Source: an uncultured bacterium
GTDB lineage: Bacteria; Verrucomicrobiota; Verrucomicrobiia; Verrucomicrobiales; DEV007
NCBI GenBank assembly: GCA_963977015.1
Contig: CAXBMO010000006.1
Span: 128,001-192,000, forward strand
Length of the DNA stretch: 64,000 bases
Direction: 5' to 3'
The notes beneath the pieces were generated by a model. That model ran no database searches and was not told where the DNA came from. It was given only the letters and a program-made list of their open reading frames with translations. Below, in pieces: positions 19,775 through 28,697 of the stretch. The position numbers and the translations under genes were made by a program. Every line of letters starts with the position of its first letter. Within the stretch, counting starts at the first letter, position 1.

Positions 19775-20875
19775 ATGAAATTTTCCACTCTGTTGCATAG
19801 TCCTGCGGATTGGACCGCTGAAACCGGCCCTCACGGTGACATCGTCGTTACGAGTCGAATCCGACTGGCGCGCAACGTGGAGGGCGTGGCGTTTCCTGGG
19901 TGGGCCAAAAAACCGGTGCGTTCCGATCTTTTGGAGCAAATTCGCCCGAAAATTGAGAGCTTGCCTGAGATGGAGAATGCGTTCTCCGAGGAGCTCAAGG
20001 ACTTGACGGCCATTCAGAAGCAGGTGCTGGTCGAGCGACACCTGATCAGCCGGGAGCACGCGGCGAAAAGTGCCGGCAGTGCCTCAATCATGAATCGACC
20101 TCAAACGATCAGCATCATGATCAACGAGGAAGATCATCTCCGAATGCAGGCGATCCTGCCCGGTCTGCAATTGGGCAAGGCCTACGAGATGCTCAACAAT
20201 GTCGATACCAATTTGGAGAACCAGATCAGTTTCGCCTTCGACAAGCGTTGGGGATATTTGACCGCCTGTCCCACGAACTTGGGAACGGGGATGCGTGCGA
20301 GCGCCATGCTCCACCTTCCCGCGTTGGTGTTGAGTGAGTCGATCAATCAGGTGATCCAGGCCGTGAACAAAATCGGGTTGGCGGTGCGGGGACTTTACGG
20401 GGAAGGAACCGAGGCACTTGCAAACCTGTTCCAGATTTCGAACCAATCGACCTTGGGTGAAAGTGAGGCCGATATTTTGGCGAAGTTGGAGAAGGTGATT
20501 CACCAGATCATCGATCACGAGGAGAACGCGCGTCAGAAGCTGATGGAGGACAAGCTGGAAGTTCTTCAGGATCAAATTGGCCGTGCCTATGCCATCTTGC
20601 GCTACGCGCACATCATTCCCTCCAAGGAAGCGTTGAATCTGCTTTCGATGTTGCGGCTGGGGATCGACCTCAAATTCTTCCCGGAAGAGGAGCAGCCGTT
20701 GATTGATTTGCTCTTGATGGAAATCCAGCCCGCCCATCTTCAAACCGAGGCAAAAACCAAGCTCGGAGCCGAAGAACGCGACATGATGAGGGCCGAAATC
20801 ATGCGCCGTAAGTTGAAAACTTTGCCCGCACCGAGTAATAGTAGAAATTCTGGCCCCGATCCTACGTCCAACTGA
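19775..20875 (+). CDS. mcsB: Protein arginine kinase McsB
   Basis: SRIRLARN, NEEDHLR, YLTACPTNLGTGMRAS, VRGLYGEG, QISNQ. Confidence 0.94.
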   Translation: MKFSTLLHSPADWTAETGPHGDIVVTSRIRLARNVEGVAFPGWAKKPVRSDLLEQIRPKIESLPEMENAFSEELKDLTAIQKQVLVERHLISREHAAKSAGSASIMNRPQTISIMINEEDHLRMQAILPGLQLGKAYEMLNNVDTNLENQISFAFDKRWGYLTACPTNLGTGMRASAMLHLPALVLSESINQVIQAVNKIGLAVRGLYGEGTEALANLFQISNQSTLGESEADILAKLEKVIHQIIDHEENARQKLMEDKLEVLQDQIGRAYAILRYAHIIPSKEALNLLSMLRLGIDLKFFPEEEQPLIDLLLMEIQPAHLQTEAKTKLGAEERDMMRAEIMRRKLKTLPAPSNSRNSGPDPTSN

Positions 20876-20893
20876 TCTGACTTGTCTATTCCT

Positions 20894-23404
20894 ATGAACA
20901 ACTTCACTCCCAGAGCTCAACAAGTTCTCGCCTTGGCCCGTAAAGAGGCGGATCGATTCAATCATAATTACGTTGGAACCGAGCACTTGCTCCTCGGCCT
21001 GATTAAACTCGGTCAGGGTGTGGCGGTGAACGTGCTGCAGAAGATGGGATTGGATCTCGAAACCGTCCGAATGGAAGTCGAGAAACAGGTTGGATCAGGC
21101 GGCGACCAAAAAATGGTCGGGAACATCCCCTACACGCCTCGCGTGAAGAAGGTTTTGGCATTGGCCGGCAAAGAGGCCAAGGCGTTGAACCACTCCTACG
21201 TTGGAACCGAGCACATCCTGCTGGGGTTGTTGCGGGAAGGTGAGGGCGTGGCCGCTCGCGTTCTGAGAACGCTTGAAGTGGATATCGAACGCACCCGTAA
21301 TGAGATCCTGAAAGAACTCGATCCCAACTTCGCTCCTGAAGGTGACGAAGAGAGCGAATTTGGCGGTGGTGGTGGAGAGCCCGGCAAAAAGGACTCCAAG
21401 ACTCCAGCCCTCAAAGCCTTCGGTCGCGACTTGACCGAGCTTGCCAAAGAAGGGGAATTGGATCCGGTGATCGGACGTTCCGAGGAGATCGAGCGGGTGA
21501 TTCAGATTCTGTGCCGTCGCACGAAGAACAATCCGGTTCTGATCGGTGAAGCCGGCGTCGGGAAAACGGCGATTGTCGAAGGATTGGCCCAAGAGATCGA
21601 AATGGGGAACGTTCCTGAGATCCTCGCGGGCAAGAAAGTGATTACGCTGGATTTGGCGTTGATGGTGGCTGGAACCAAATATCGGGGTCAGTTTGAAGAG
21701 CGCATCAAGGCGGTGATGGATGAGATTCGCCGCAATAAGAACGTGATTCTCTTTATCGACGAGCTCCACACCATCGTGGGTGCGGGTTCGGCTGAAGGCG
21801 CGATGGATGCGAGCAACATCATCAAGCCTGCTCTGAGTCGCGGCGAATTGCAATGCGTTGGCGCGACGACCCTGAACGAGTATCGCAAATACATCGAAAA
21901 AGATGCAGCCTTGGCTCGACGTTTCCAAAGCGTGAAAGTGGATGAGCCAACCGTTGAGGATGCGATCCAGATTTTGATGGGACTTCGCCACAAGTACGAA
22001 ATCCACCACAAAGCCGAATACACGGATGATGCGATCGAGTCTTCGGTGAAGCTGAGTTCCCGTTATCTCACGGACCGATTCTTGCCGGACAAGGCGATCG
22101 ATGTCATGGACGAAGCCGGGGCAAAAGCCCGGATTGCCGCCATGACGCGTCCTCCGAAGTTCAAGGATCTCGAAGCCAATATCGAAGAGATCGTCACCGA
22201 AAAGGAAACGGCGATCCAGGATCAGGATTTCGAGAAAGCAGCTTCACTTCGCGACAAAGAGAAGCAGCACAAAGATGAGCTCGAGAGCCTTCTCGATGAG
22301 TGGCGCCAAAGTAACGAGGAGAAGAAAGTCACGGTTGATGAAGACGAAATCATGTCGGTCGTCAGCAAGTGGACGGGAGTTCCTCTCCAGCGAATGGAAG
22401 AGAAAGAGACCCAGAAACTGCTGGGAATGGAAGAAGAGCTGAAGAAGCACGTGATCGGCCAAGACGTTGCGGTCTCTGCGATCAGCAAAGCGCTCATCCG
22501 CTCTCGCGCCGATTTGAAAGATCCGCGTCGTCCCATCGGTTCGTTCATTTTCCTCGGACCAACGGGTGTTGGTAAGACGTTTCTCGCCAAGAACCTGGCC
22601 GAGTTCATGTTCGGTGATCCCGATGCCCTGATCCAAATCGACATGTCGGAATACATGGAGAAATTCTCCTCCAGCCGGCTGATCGGTTCGCCTCCAGGAT
22701 ACGTTGGCTACGAAGAAGGCGGTCAACTTTCAGAAGCCGTCCGTCGCCGTCCGTATTCCGTGGTGCTTTTCGATGAGATTGAGAAAGCGCACCCGGACGT
22801 GATGAACCTTTTGCTCCAGATTTTGGAGGAAGGACAGATCACGGACAGCTTTGGTCGCCGCGTCGATTTCCGGAACACGATCATTATTCTGACTTCGAAC
22901 GTTGGAGCGAACCTGATCAAGAATCAGTCCAAAGTCGGCTTTGGTGCAATCGACAAGGAAGAGTCCGATTACGATGGCATGAAAGAGCGCATCATGGAGG
23001 AATCCAAGACTGCGTTTAAGCCTGAGTTCCTGAACCGCCTCGATCAGTTTGTGGTCTTCCGCATGTTGGAGAAGCAAGATCTGCAGCAAATTGCCCAGCT
23101 GGAGATCGACAAGATTCTCAAGCGTCTCGAAGAGAAGCAGATCGAACTCAAGTTCGACAAGTCTGCGATGGACTTCATCATCGAGCAGGGTTCCGACCCG
23201 GCCTTTGGTGCCCGGCCCATGCGCCGCGCCGTCGAACGCCACGTGGAGGATCCCTTGGCGGAAGCTCTTCTTCGCGGAGAGGTCAAAGAGGGCGACAAAG
23301 TCAAGGTCTCGAAGCGCAAAGGTGAAGACGAGAAAACGCTTCGCTTCACCCCGGCCAAGACCAAAAAGGCGGCGGAGCCTGCCAAGTCAGCCGAGGGAGC
23401 CTGA
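20894..23404 (+). CDS. clpC: ATP-dependent Clp protease ATPase subunit ClpC
   Basis: Two Clp-N repeats, GEAGVGKT and GPTGVGKT Walker A motifs, short UVR-type middle domain. Confidence 0.96.
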   Translation: MNNFTPRAQQVLALARKEADRFNHNYVGTEHLLLGLIKLGQGVAVNVLQKMGLDLETVRMEVEKQVGSGGDQKMVGNIPYTPRVKKVLALAGKEAKALNHSYVGTEHILLGLLREGEGVAARVLRTLEVDIERTRNEILKELDPNFAPEGDEESEFGGGGGEPGKKDSKTPALKAFGRDLTELAKEGELDPVIGRSEEIERVIQILCRRTKNNPVLIGEAGVGKTAIVEGLAQEIEMGNVPEILAGKKVITLDLALMVAGTKYRGQFEERIKAVMDEIRRNKNVILFIDELHTIVGAGSAEGAMDASNIIKPALSRGELQCVGATTLNEYRKYIEKDAALARRFQSVKVDEPTVEDAIQILMGLRHKYEIHHKAEYTDDAIESSVKLSSRYLTDRFLPDKAIDVMDEAGAKARIAAMTRPPKFKDLEANIEEIVTEKETAIQDQDFEKAASLRDKEKQHKDELESLLDEWRQSNEEKKVTVDEDEIMSVVSKWTGVPLQRMEEKETQKLLGMEEELKKHVIGQDVAVSAISKALIRSRADLKDPRRPIGSFIFLGPTGVGKTFLAKNLAEFMFGDPDALIQIDMSEYMEKFSSSRLIGSPPGYVGYEEGGQLSEAVRRRPYSVVLFDEIEKAHPDVMNLLLQILEEGQITDSFGRRVDFRNTIIILTSNVGANLIKNQSKVGFGAIDKEESDYDGMKERIMEESKTAFKPEFLNRLDQFVVFRMLEKQDLQQIAQLEIDKILKRLEEKQIELKFDKSAMDFIIEQGSDPAFGARPMRRAVERHVEDPLAEALLRGEVKEGDKVKVSKRKGEDEKTLRFTPAKTKKAAEPAKSAEGA

Positions 23405-23440
23405 AGTTGTTTCCGGCCAAGGCCGAACCAACCCAATTCC

Positions 23441-23473
23441 CAAAAGGCCTCGATCAATGGATCGGGGCCTTTT
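23441..23473. terminator. Intrinsic, likely bidirectional terminator
   Basis: caaaaggcctcgatc-aatg-gatcggggccttttg hairpin with A/T tails between convergent clpC and SOUL genes. Confidence 0.8.
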
Positions 23474-23497
23474 GCTTGGGTGGTGGTGACAGATCGG

Positions 23498-24088
23498 TCA
23501 CTTCACGGGCAGAAGAACTTCGTTGCGCCGCATCGGTCCCGGAGTCCACGGTGGGTCGTAATAGGCGAAGATGGGGCTTCCAGTCACCTTGAGTTCTTTG
23601 GTCGCGACCCATGTTTGAAGTTTCTGAAGGGCTTTCGCTTCCGATTTTGAGCTTCGCCATCCGCTGAACCGAAACACCACGTAGGTTCCGGAATCCATTT
23701 CGGAGAGGAAGACACGCTGGTCACTGGGCTTCGGGCTTCCTTGGCTCGCAATCTCAGCCGGAACGACAAAACTCATCACCCGTTCCTCGCTACCTGCTGG
23801 TCCGACAAAAACCGGCGTGGTCATGGCGATCTCCTGATTTTGCGCATTCTTCCCGGAAATGTAGCGGAACAGCTTTCCGAAACCGTCATTCATCGAATTC
23901 TTGCCGGTTTCCGCCATCGGTGTCGAGACCAGGGCGAGTCCACGATAAGCGCGGATTTCAAACTTCCCTTCCTTCTCCTTCAGCTCAAATGCAGCGGTTT
24001 CATACTTCCCGCGGCCTGTTGCATAAGTCGTCCAGCCGAGAAGGCCTACAACGAGAACGACGATTCCGATGATCAGTTTGTAAGTCAT
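23498..24088 (-). CDS. SOUL heme-binding family protein
   Basis: FEIRAY, FGKLFRYISGKN, IAMTTPV, YDPPWTPGPMRRNEV; N-terminal TM/signal; start reset. Confidence 0.9.
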   Translation of the reverse strand: MTYKLIIGIVVLVVGLLGWTTYATGRGKYETAAFELKEKEGKFEIRAYRGLALVSTPMAETGKNSMNDGFGKLFRYISGKNAQNQEIAMTTPVFVGPAGSEERVMSFVVPAEIASQGSPKPSDQRVFLSEMDSGTYVVFRFSGWRSSKSEAKALQKLQTWVATKELKVTGSPIFAYYDPPWTPGPMRRNEVLLPVK

Positions 24089-24095
24089 GACCGAC

Positions 24096-25238
24096 TTACG
24101 AATGGGGCGGGGCGCCCGGTTGCGGTTCGGGGCTGGCGCGACCTTTCCAACGGGTGCGTCTTCCGGCTTTGGCTCTCGCAAAGCCGATCCATTGAATCAG
24201 GATCAGGACGAAGACGCCGATCGGGTGGGTGACCACGCCAAACCAGGATTGGCCGAAGCGGATTGCGGCCAGAGCGCGAAGACCCAGGCCAAAAGAAGCC
24301 GCCAATAGGAAGAGTTGCCAGGCAAGGCCATCGCTGAAAAACAGGCCAATCCACGGCAAAACCTGGCCACCGATCAGCAAAACCGTCATGGGGCCAATCG
24401 TTTTGGGAGCGCCCATGCCCTCGGCCGCGTTTTTGAGCAACCCATCCCAGGTTTCTCTCGCGTTGAAATACATGCGACAGGTCATTTGTCCGCTGATCTC
24501 CGCCAGGTCCGTCATCTTGCCCGCTTCGCGAAAAATTCGCGGCAAGTTGAGCCCATCGTGAAAGGAGGATGCAATTTGAGAATGGCCGCCAACCTCAAAA
24601 TAGGCTTCGCGATTTGCGAGAATGACTTGGCCAACCGCGGCTCCAAAAGCGGGGTTCAAAAATCGGCGCATCGCAAAAACTGGGAGAAAACCGAGCAAAA
24701 CAAAGTGGATCAGCGGCAACAGCAGCTTCTCTCCCCAAGTGACGGTGATCTGGCGGGGAGGACCACTGACAAGAGCGGGCGCGGTTTTGCTGGTCCGGGC
24801 AAAATCGATCATCCGTCTCGCGGCATCGGGCGAAACCCGAACATCGGCATCGATAAAAAGGAGCCACGGTTGGGATGCCGCATTGGCCAATTGCCAACAG
24901 GCATACATTTTGCCGGCCCAACCTTTGGGGAGCGGTTTGCTCCTGAGAAGTTGGATTCGCGAATCGGATGCTGCCATCGCGTTGACGATCTCGCCGGTTC
25001 CATCGTCCGAATCATCGTCCAGAACGATCACCTCCAAATTGACGCCAGTGCTCTGAATTGCGCTTTCGACGACGCCCCGAATGTTGTTCGCTTCGTTTCG
25101 GGCTGGAATCAGCACCGATACCCCTGGAGCCGAGAGCGAGCAATCGCGTTGCGGAGCTTTGAAAATCGCGAGATTCCAGAGAAACAGAATCACGGGAATG
25201 GAGGCCAGAAGCAGGACGCAGCTTGCGAAAATGAGCAT
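24096..25238 (-). CDS. GT2 glycosyltransferase, CrtQ-like
   Basis: SVLIPARNE, PKGWAGKMYAC, FIDADV, CRMY; N- and C-terminal TM segments. Confidence 0.85.
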   Translation of the reverse strand: MLIFASCVLLLASIPVILFLWNLAIFKAPQRDCSLSAPGVSVLIPARNEANNIRGVVESAIQSTGVNLEVIVLDDDSDDGTGEIVNAMAASDSRIQLLRSKPLPKGWAGKMYACWQLANAASQPWLLFIDADVRVSPDAARRMIDFARTSKTAPALVSGPPRQITVTWGEKLLLPLIHFVLLGFLPVFAMRRFLNPAFGAAVGQVILANREAYFEVGGHSQIASSFHDGLNLPRIFREAGKMTDLAEISGQMTCRMYFNARETWDGLLKNAAEGMGAPKTIGPMTVLLIGGQVLPWIGLFFSDGLAWQLFLLAASFGLGLRALAAIRFGQSWFGVVTHPIGVFVLILIQWIGFARAKAGRRTRWKGRASPEPQPGAPPHS

Positions 25239-25346
25239 TACACCATGTGAAGTCGAATTGTTGCCAATGCCGCGGAATCGATGGCGAAGCCGCGCTCTTT
25301 CTGGATCCTCGTCATAGTCATCGGCAACAGGTTCACTGAAACGGCT

Positions 25347-26153
25347 CTAAAGATTGCTGTGTTTGAGTTCGTTGGGTTTGTGCCCTTTTGCGATCAGCCT
25401 GAAGCGTCGCCAGACGTCGTAAATTCCGCCAACTCCGACAGAGCCCTGAATGATTGCTTCAAAGTCTTCAGGATTTCGTCGGATCGCGCGTTCAGCCAGA
25501 AAATCCTGGACCGATTCCAGGGCGGTTTCGAGTTCGGCGGTCATCTCCTTCACCCCAAGCGTTGGGTCGAGGCGCAACGGGGTTCCTAAATGGATCAGTG
25601 CTTCGGGGCGGCTTTCTTCCCAAAACGGATACTCGATCGCCAAGGGCAGGAATTGGATTCCGCCAACCCGTTTTGCGATGTGGGAAATGCCGCGTTCGAA
25701 CGTGATGGGGCGGTCACGAACGTCCACGAAGCGCCCTTGAGGGGTCAGCCAAATCATCGAGAACGGTCGCTGCAAAACCGCTTCCGAGAGGCGAAGAAAC
25801 TGGCGTGAAGCGGAGGCTTTGTTCTCGCGATCGACTCCGATGAATCCAAGTTTCCGGAAAATGCCGTAGCGCTCCAGCATCGACGCATCGATCGGCGTGT
25901 AACCCGTTCGGTCAGGAAAAAATCGCGCTTTGAGGATCATCGAAATGAGTGGATCCCACCAGGAGGAATGGTTCGCAAAAACGACGAACGGCTCATCGTC
26001 CACTGGGGAGATGTTCTCAGCCGACTCCTTGGTGATTCGAACCTGATGAAATCCCTTTTTCAGTTTTTGCCGCGAGACTTCACAGAACCACGCCACAAAC
26101 CAACGGGCGGGTTCGGGAGGGAGCTCAAGTTCATGGGAAGGAGAATCGGCCAC
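25347..26153 (-). CDS. Lysophospholipid acyltransferase family protein
   Basis: NHSSWWD (HX4D), LTPQG, EYPFWEESRPE; GTG start inferred. Confidence 0.82.
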   Translation of the reverse strand: MADSPSHELELPPEPARWFVAWFCEVSRQKLKKGFHQVRITKESAENISPVDDEPFVVFANHSSWWDPLISMILKARFFPDRTGYTPIDASMLERYGIFRKLGFIGVDRENKASASRQFLRLSEAVLQRPFSMIWLTPQGRFVDVRDRPITFERGISHIAKRVGGIQFLPLAIEYPFWEESRPEALIHLGTPLRLDPTLGVKEMTAELETALESVQDFLAERAIRRNPEDFEAIIQGSVGVGGIYDVWRRFRLIAKGHKPNELKHSNL

Positions 26154-26270
26154 CGGAGTTTCTTCAGGATGATACGCATTGATTGGCAGGAGGGACCAAT
26201 CCTTCTTTGGCTCGAGATTGCGTTTTCGCGCGGCTTCACTAGGCTGAATGGTTCCAAACCCCTTCTGCAC

Positions 26271-27146
26271 ATGCAAAAATCCCTGCTTCCGCTCTTTTTG
26301 TTCGCTCTGATCCTTCCTGAATTTGCCTTCGCGCAAAAGAACTACCCGCCGAAAATCGTTGGTGCGGAGCGGGTCACCTACAAGGAGGTTGGCGAGGTCA
26401 AACTCGATCTCTGGGTCTTTAAGCCGGAGAGCTGGACGGCTGACGACCGGCGGCCCGCGGTGATTTTTTTCTTCGGAGGAGGGTGGAAAGCGGGAAGTCC
26501 GGGGCAGTTTACCGAGCAATGCAAAAAACTCGCTGCTCGCGGGATGGTTGCGATGACCGCAGATTACCGGGTTCGCAGTCGCCACGGAACGCTGGCGAAA
26601 GATTGTGTCGATGATGCGCGGGACGCGATGCGGTGGGCGCGGACGCATGCCGGTGAACTGGGAATCGATCCGGGGCGATTGGCGGCCGGTGGAGGCTCTG
26701 CCGGTGGTCATATTGCGGCGTGCCTTGGTGTGATTTCGCCGGAAGGGGAGGAAAGCGTTTCCTCTCGAGCGGATGCATTGCTTCTTTTCAATCCCGCCTG
26801 CGTCCTTGCTCCGATCGACGGGAAAATGCCGTGGAATGAAGATCGGAGCGAAGAGATGCGGGAACGCATGGGAGTCGATCCGATTGCCATTTCACCGGCC
26901 CATCACGTGGATGCCGGTGATCCGCCTGCCGCCCTGTTTCACGGAGTGGAAGATCCAACCGTCTCGGTCGAGACCGCCGAAATCTTCACGGCGAAGATGA
27001 ACGAAGCGGGCGTGCAATGCCGGCTGTTTGCCTATGAGGGTGAGAAGCACGGGTTTTTCAATTTTGGTCGAGGCGACAACAGGATGTTTGAGGCGACAAC
27101 GAAGGATATGGAGTCGTTTCTAACGGAGCTGGGCTGGTTGGAATGA
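26271..27146 (+). CDS. Secreted alpha/beta hydrolase (esterase-like)
   Basis: Signal peptide, FFGGGW, GGSAGG nucleophile, HGVEDPTV, HGFF. Confidence 0.88.
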   Translation: MQKSLLPLFLFALILPEFAFAQKNYPPKIVGAERVTYKEVGEVKLDLWVFKPESWTADDRRPAVIFFFGGGWKAGSPGQFTEQCKKLAARGMVAMTADYRVRSRHGTLAKDCVDDARDAMRWARTHAGELGIDPGRLAAGGGSAGGHIAACLGVISPEGEESVSSRADALLLFNPACVLAPIDGKMPWNEDRSEEMRERMGVDPIAISPAHHVDAGDPPAALFHGVEDPTVSVETAEIFTAKMNEAGVQCRLFAYEGEKHGFFNFGRGDNRMFEATTKDMESFLTELGWLE

Positions 27147-27748
27147 ACTGGAGTAAGGAGGGGCGAGCCGGTTTTGAGCGGTTTGGGTTGGATGCCGTGC
27201 ATCAGCTCTGGATGGGGCGTTTGCCAGACGATCTTCGGCGGGATGAGGCCGGATTCGAAGAACTGTGGCGCCTCCATCCTCCTGAATTCCATGATGTCAG
27301 GATGGGTGGACGCTGGGTCAAAACGCCGCGTTGGCAGCAGGCCTACAATCGTGACTACGCCTATTCCGGTTCGACCAATTCCGCCCTCGAGGTTCCCGAA
27401 TTGCTGTTTCCCTATTGGCAGTGGGCCCTGGATTCGGTCGACGAGCGACTAAATGGTCTCCTCGTAAATTGGTATGATGGGGCGCTCGGACACTACATCG
27501 GAAAGCACCGCGACACGCCGAACCAACTCACGCCGGGCTCGCCGATTGTGACAATCTCGTTTGGTGAAGCGCGTGTTTTTCGAATGCGGCCGTGGAGAGG
27601 GAAGGGGTTTCAAGACTTCCATGTGACCGATGGGAGCGTGGTTGTCCTTCCGTTCACCACCAACGAAACCTGGTCCCATGAGGTCACGCCAACGCGGAAC
27701 CGTCAGGGACGCCGGGTTTCCGTCACTCTGCGGGTCTTTGAGGATTGA
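27143..27748 (+). CDS. AlkB-family 2OG-Fe(II) dioxygenase
   Basis: LVNWY, HRD, WSHEV, RVSVTLR. Confidence 0.88.
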   Translation: MNWSKEGRAGFERFGLDAVHQLWMGRLPDDLRRDEAGFEELWRLHPPEFHDVRMGGRWVKTPRWQQAYNRDYAYSGSTNSALEVPELLFPYWQWALDSVDERLNGLLVNWYDGALGHYIGKHRDTPNQLTPGSPIVTISFGEARVFRMRPWRGKGFQDFHVTDGSVVVLPFTTNETWSHEVTPTRNRQGRRVSVTLRVFED

Positions 27749-27840
27749 GGATGGGGGCGTGCTCGGGCGATTTGTTTTGGCGACACAAAACTTGTTTCCC
27801 TGAACGACTTACAGGCGTAGAAAAAAGTACGGATAAACGC

Positions 27841-27858
27841 TTGTGAAATTTTTCACAA
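27841..27858. promoter_or_regulatory. Rex-type operator
   Basis: TTGTGAA-ATTT-TTCACAA equals the Rex consensus TTGTGAA-N4-TTCACAA; palindrome extends to 27839-27860; 30 bp upstream of actA. Confidence 0.8.
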
Positions 27859-27888
27859 GCTCTATACCTTCCGCTCACCGAGACCGAA

Positions 27889-28662
27889 ATGGGGAACTTT
27901 TTTCCACGCTGGACGAACTTCTTACCGCTCAAACTCATCGCTGCCGTCATCGTTTTAGGCACGGGAGCAGTAGCGGCAATCACCGTATATTGGACGCCCA
28001 AGTATAGCCGAGTCGGCTATCAACCGGAGCAGCCGATACCGTTTGATCATAGCCTACATGCGGGGCAGTTGGGGATGGATTGTCGTTACTGTCATACGCA
28101 GGTCGAAAATTCGTTGCACTCAAATGTTCCGACGTCGCAGACCTGCTGGAACTGTCACCAATTCGTGAAAAAGGATAGCCCGAAGCTTGCGAAGCTTCGT
28201 GAGGCGATGGCGGTAGGGACTGATGAGTATACGGGGGATCCGATCGAGTGGGTGCAGGTTCATAAAACGCCGGACTACGCCTACTTTAGTCACCAGGCTC
28301 ACGTGAATCGAGGGGTTAGCTGTGTTGAGTGCCACGGTAAGGTGAATGAGATGGAGGTTGTTCGCCACGAAGAGTCCTTGAGCATGAGTTTCTGTTTGGA
28401 TTGTCATCGGAATCCGGAAAAGGCGCTTCGCCCGTTGGATGAAATAACGAATTTGGACTGGACTGCGGAAGATGCGGATCGGGATGAGTTTTACGCTTAT
28501 CTGGCGGGTGTGACGAAAAAGTCGCCCGAGGAGTTGCTGGAGGTTGCGAAGAGTCATGGTCTGACGCCGGAAGGTGGGATGACGCAGAAAGAAATTGGCA
28601 CCCAGCTTAGAGAGGCTTGGGGTGTGCATCCGCCTGAGAGTTGCACGGCTTGTCATCGATAA
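27889..28662 (+). CDS. actA: Alternative complex III pentaheme cytochrome c
   Basis: N-terminal TM; five CxxCH (CRYCH, CWNCH, CVECH, CLDCH, CTACH); QPIPFDH. Confidence 0.92.
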   Translation: MGNFFPRWTNFLPLKLIAAVIVLGTGAVAAITVYWTPKYSRVGYQPEQPIPFDHSLHAGQLGMDCRYCHTQVENSLHSNVPTSQTCWNCHQFVKKDSPKLAKLREAMAVGTDEYTGDPIEWVQVHKTPDYAYFSHQAHVNRGVSCVECHGKVNEMEVVRHEESLSMSFCLDCHRNPEKALRPLDEITNLDWTAEDADRDEFYAYLAGVTKKSPEELLEVAKSHGLTPEGGMTQKEIGTQLREAWGVHPPESCTACHR

Positions 28663-28697
28663 TTCGCAGAACCACGAAATTTTCCCGAAGCGCCTGA

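Noticed and set aside
21895-21930. ClpC ALARRFQ instead of ALERRFQ
   Set aside because: Arginine finger intact and this variant occurs in other Clp ATPases
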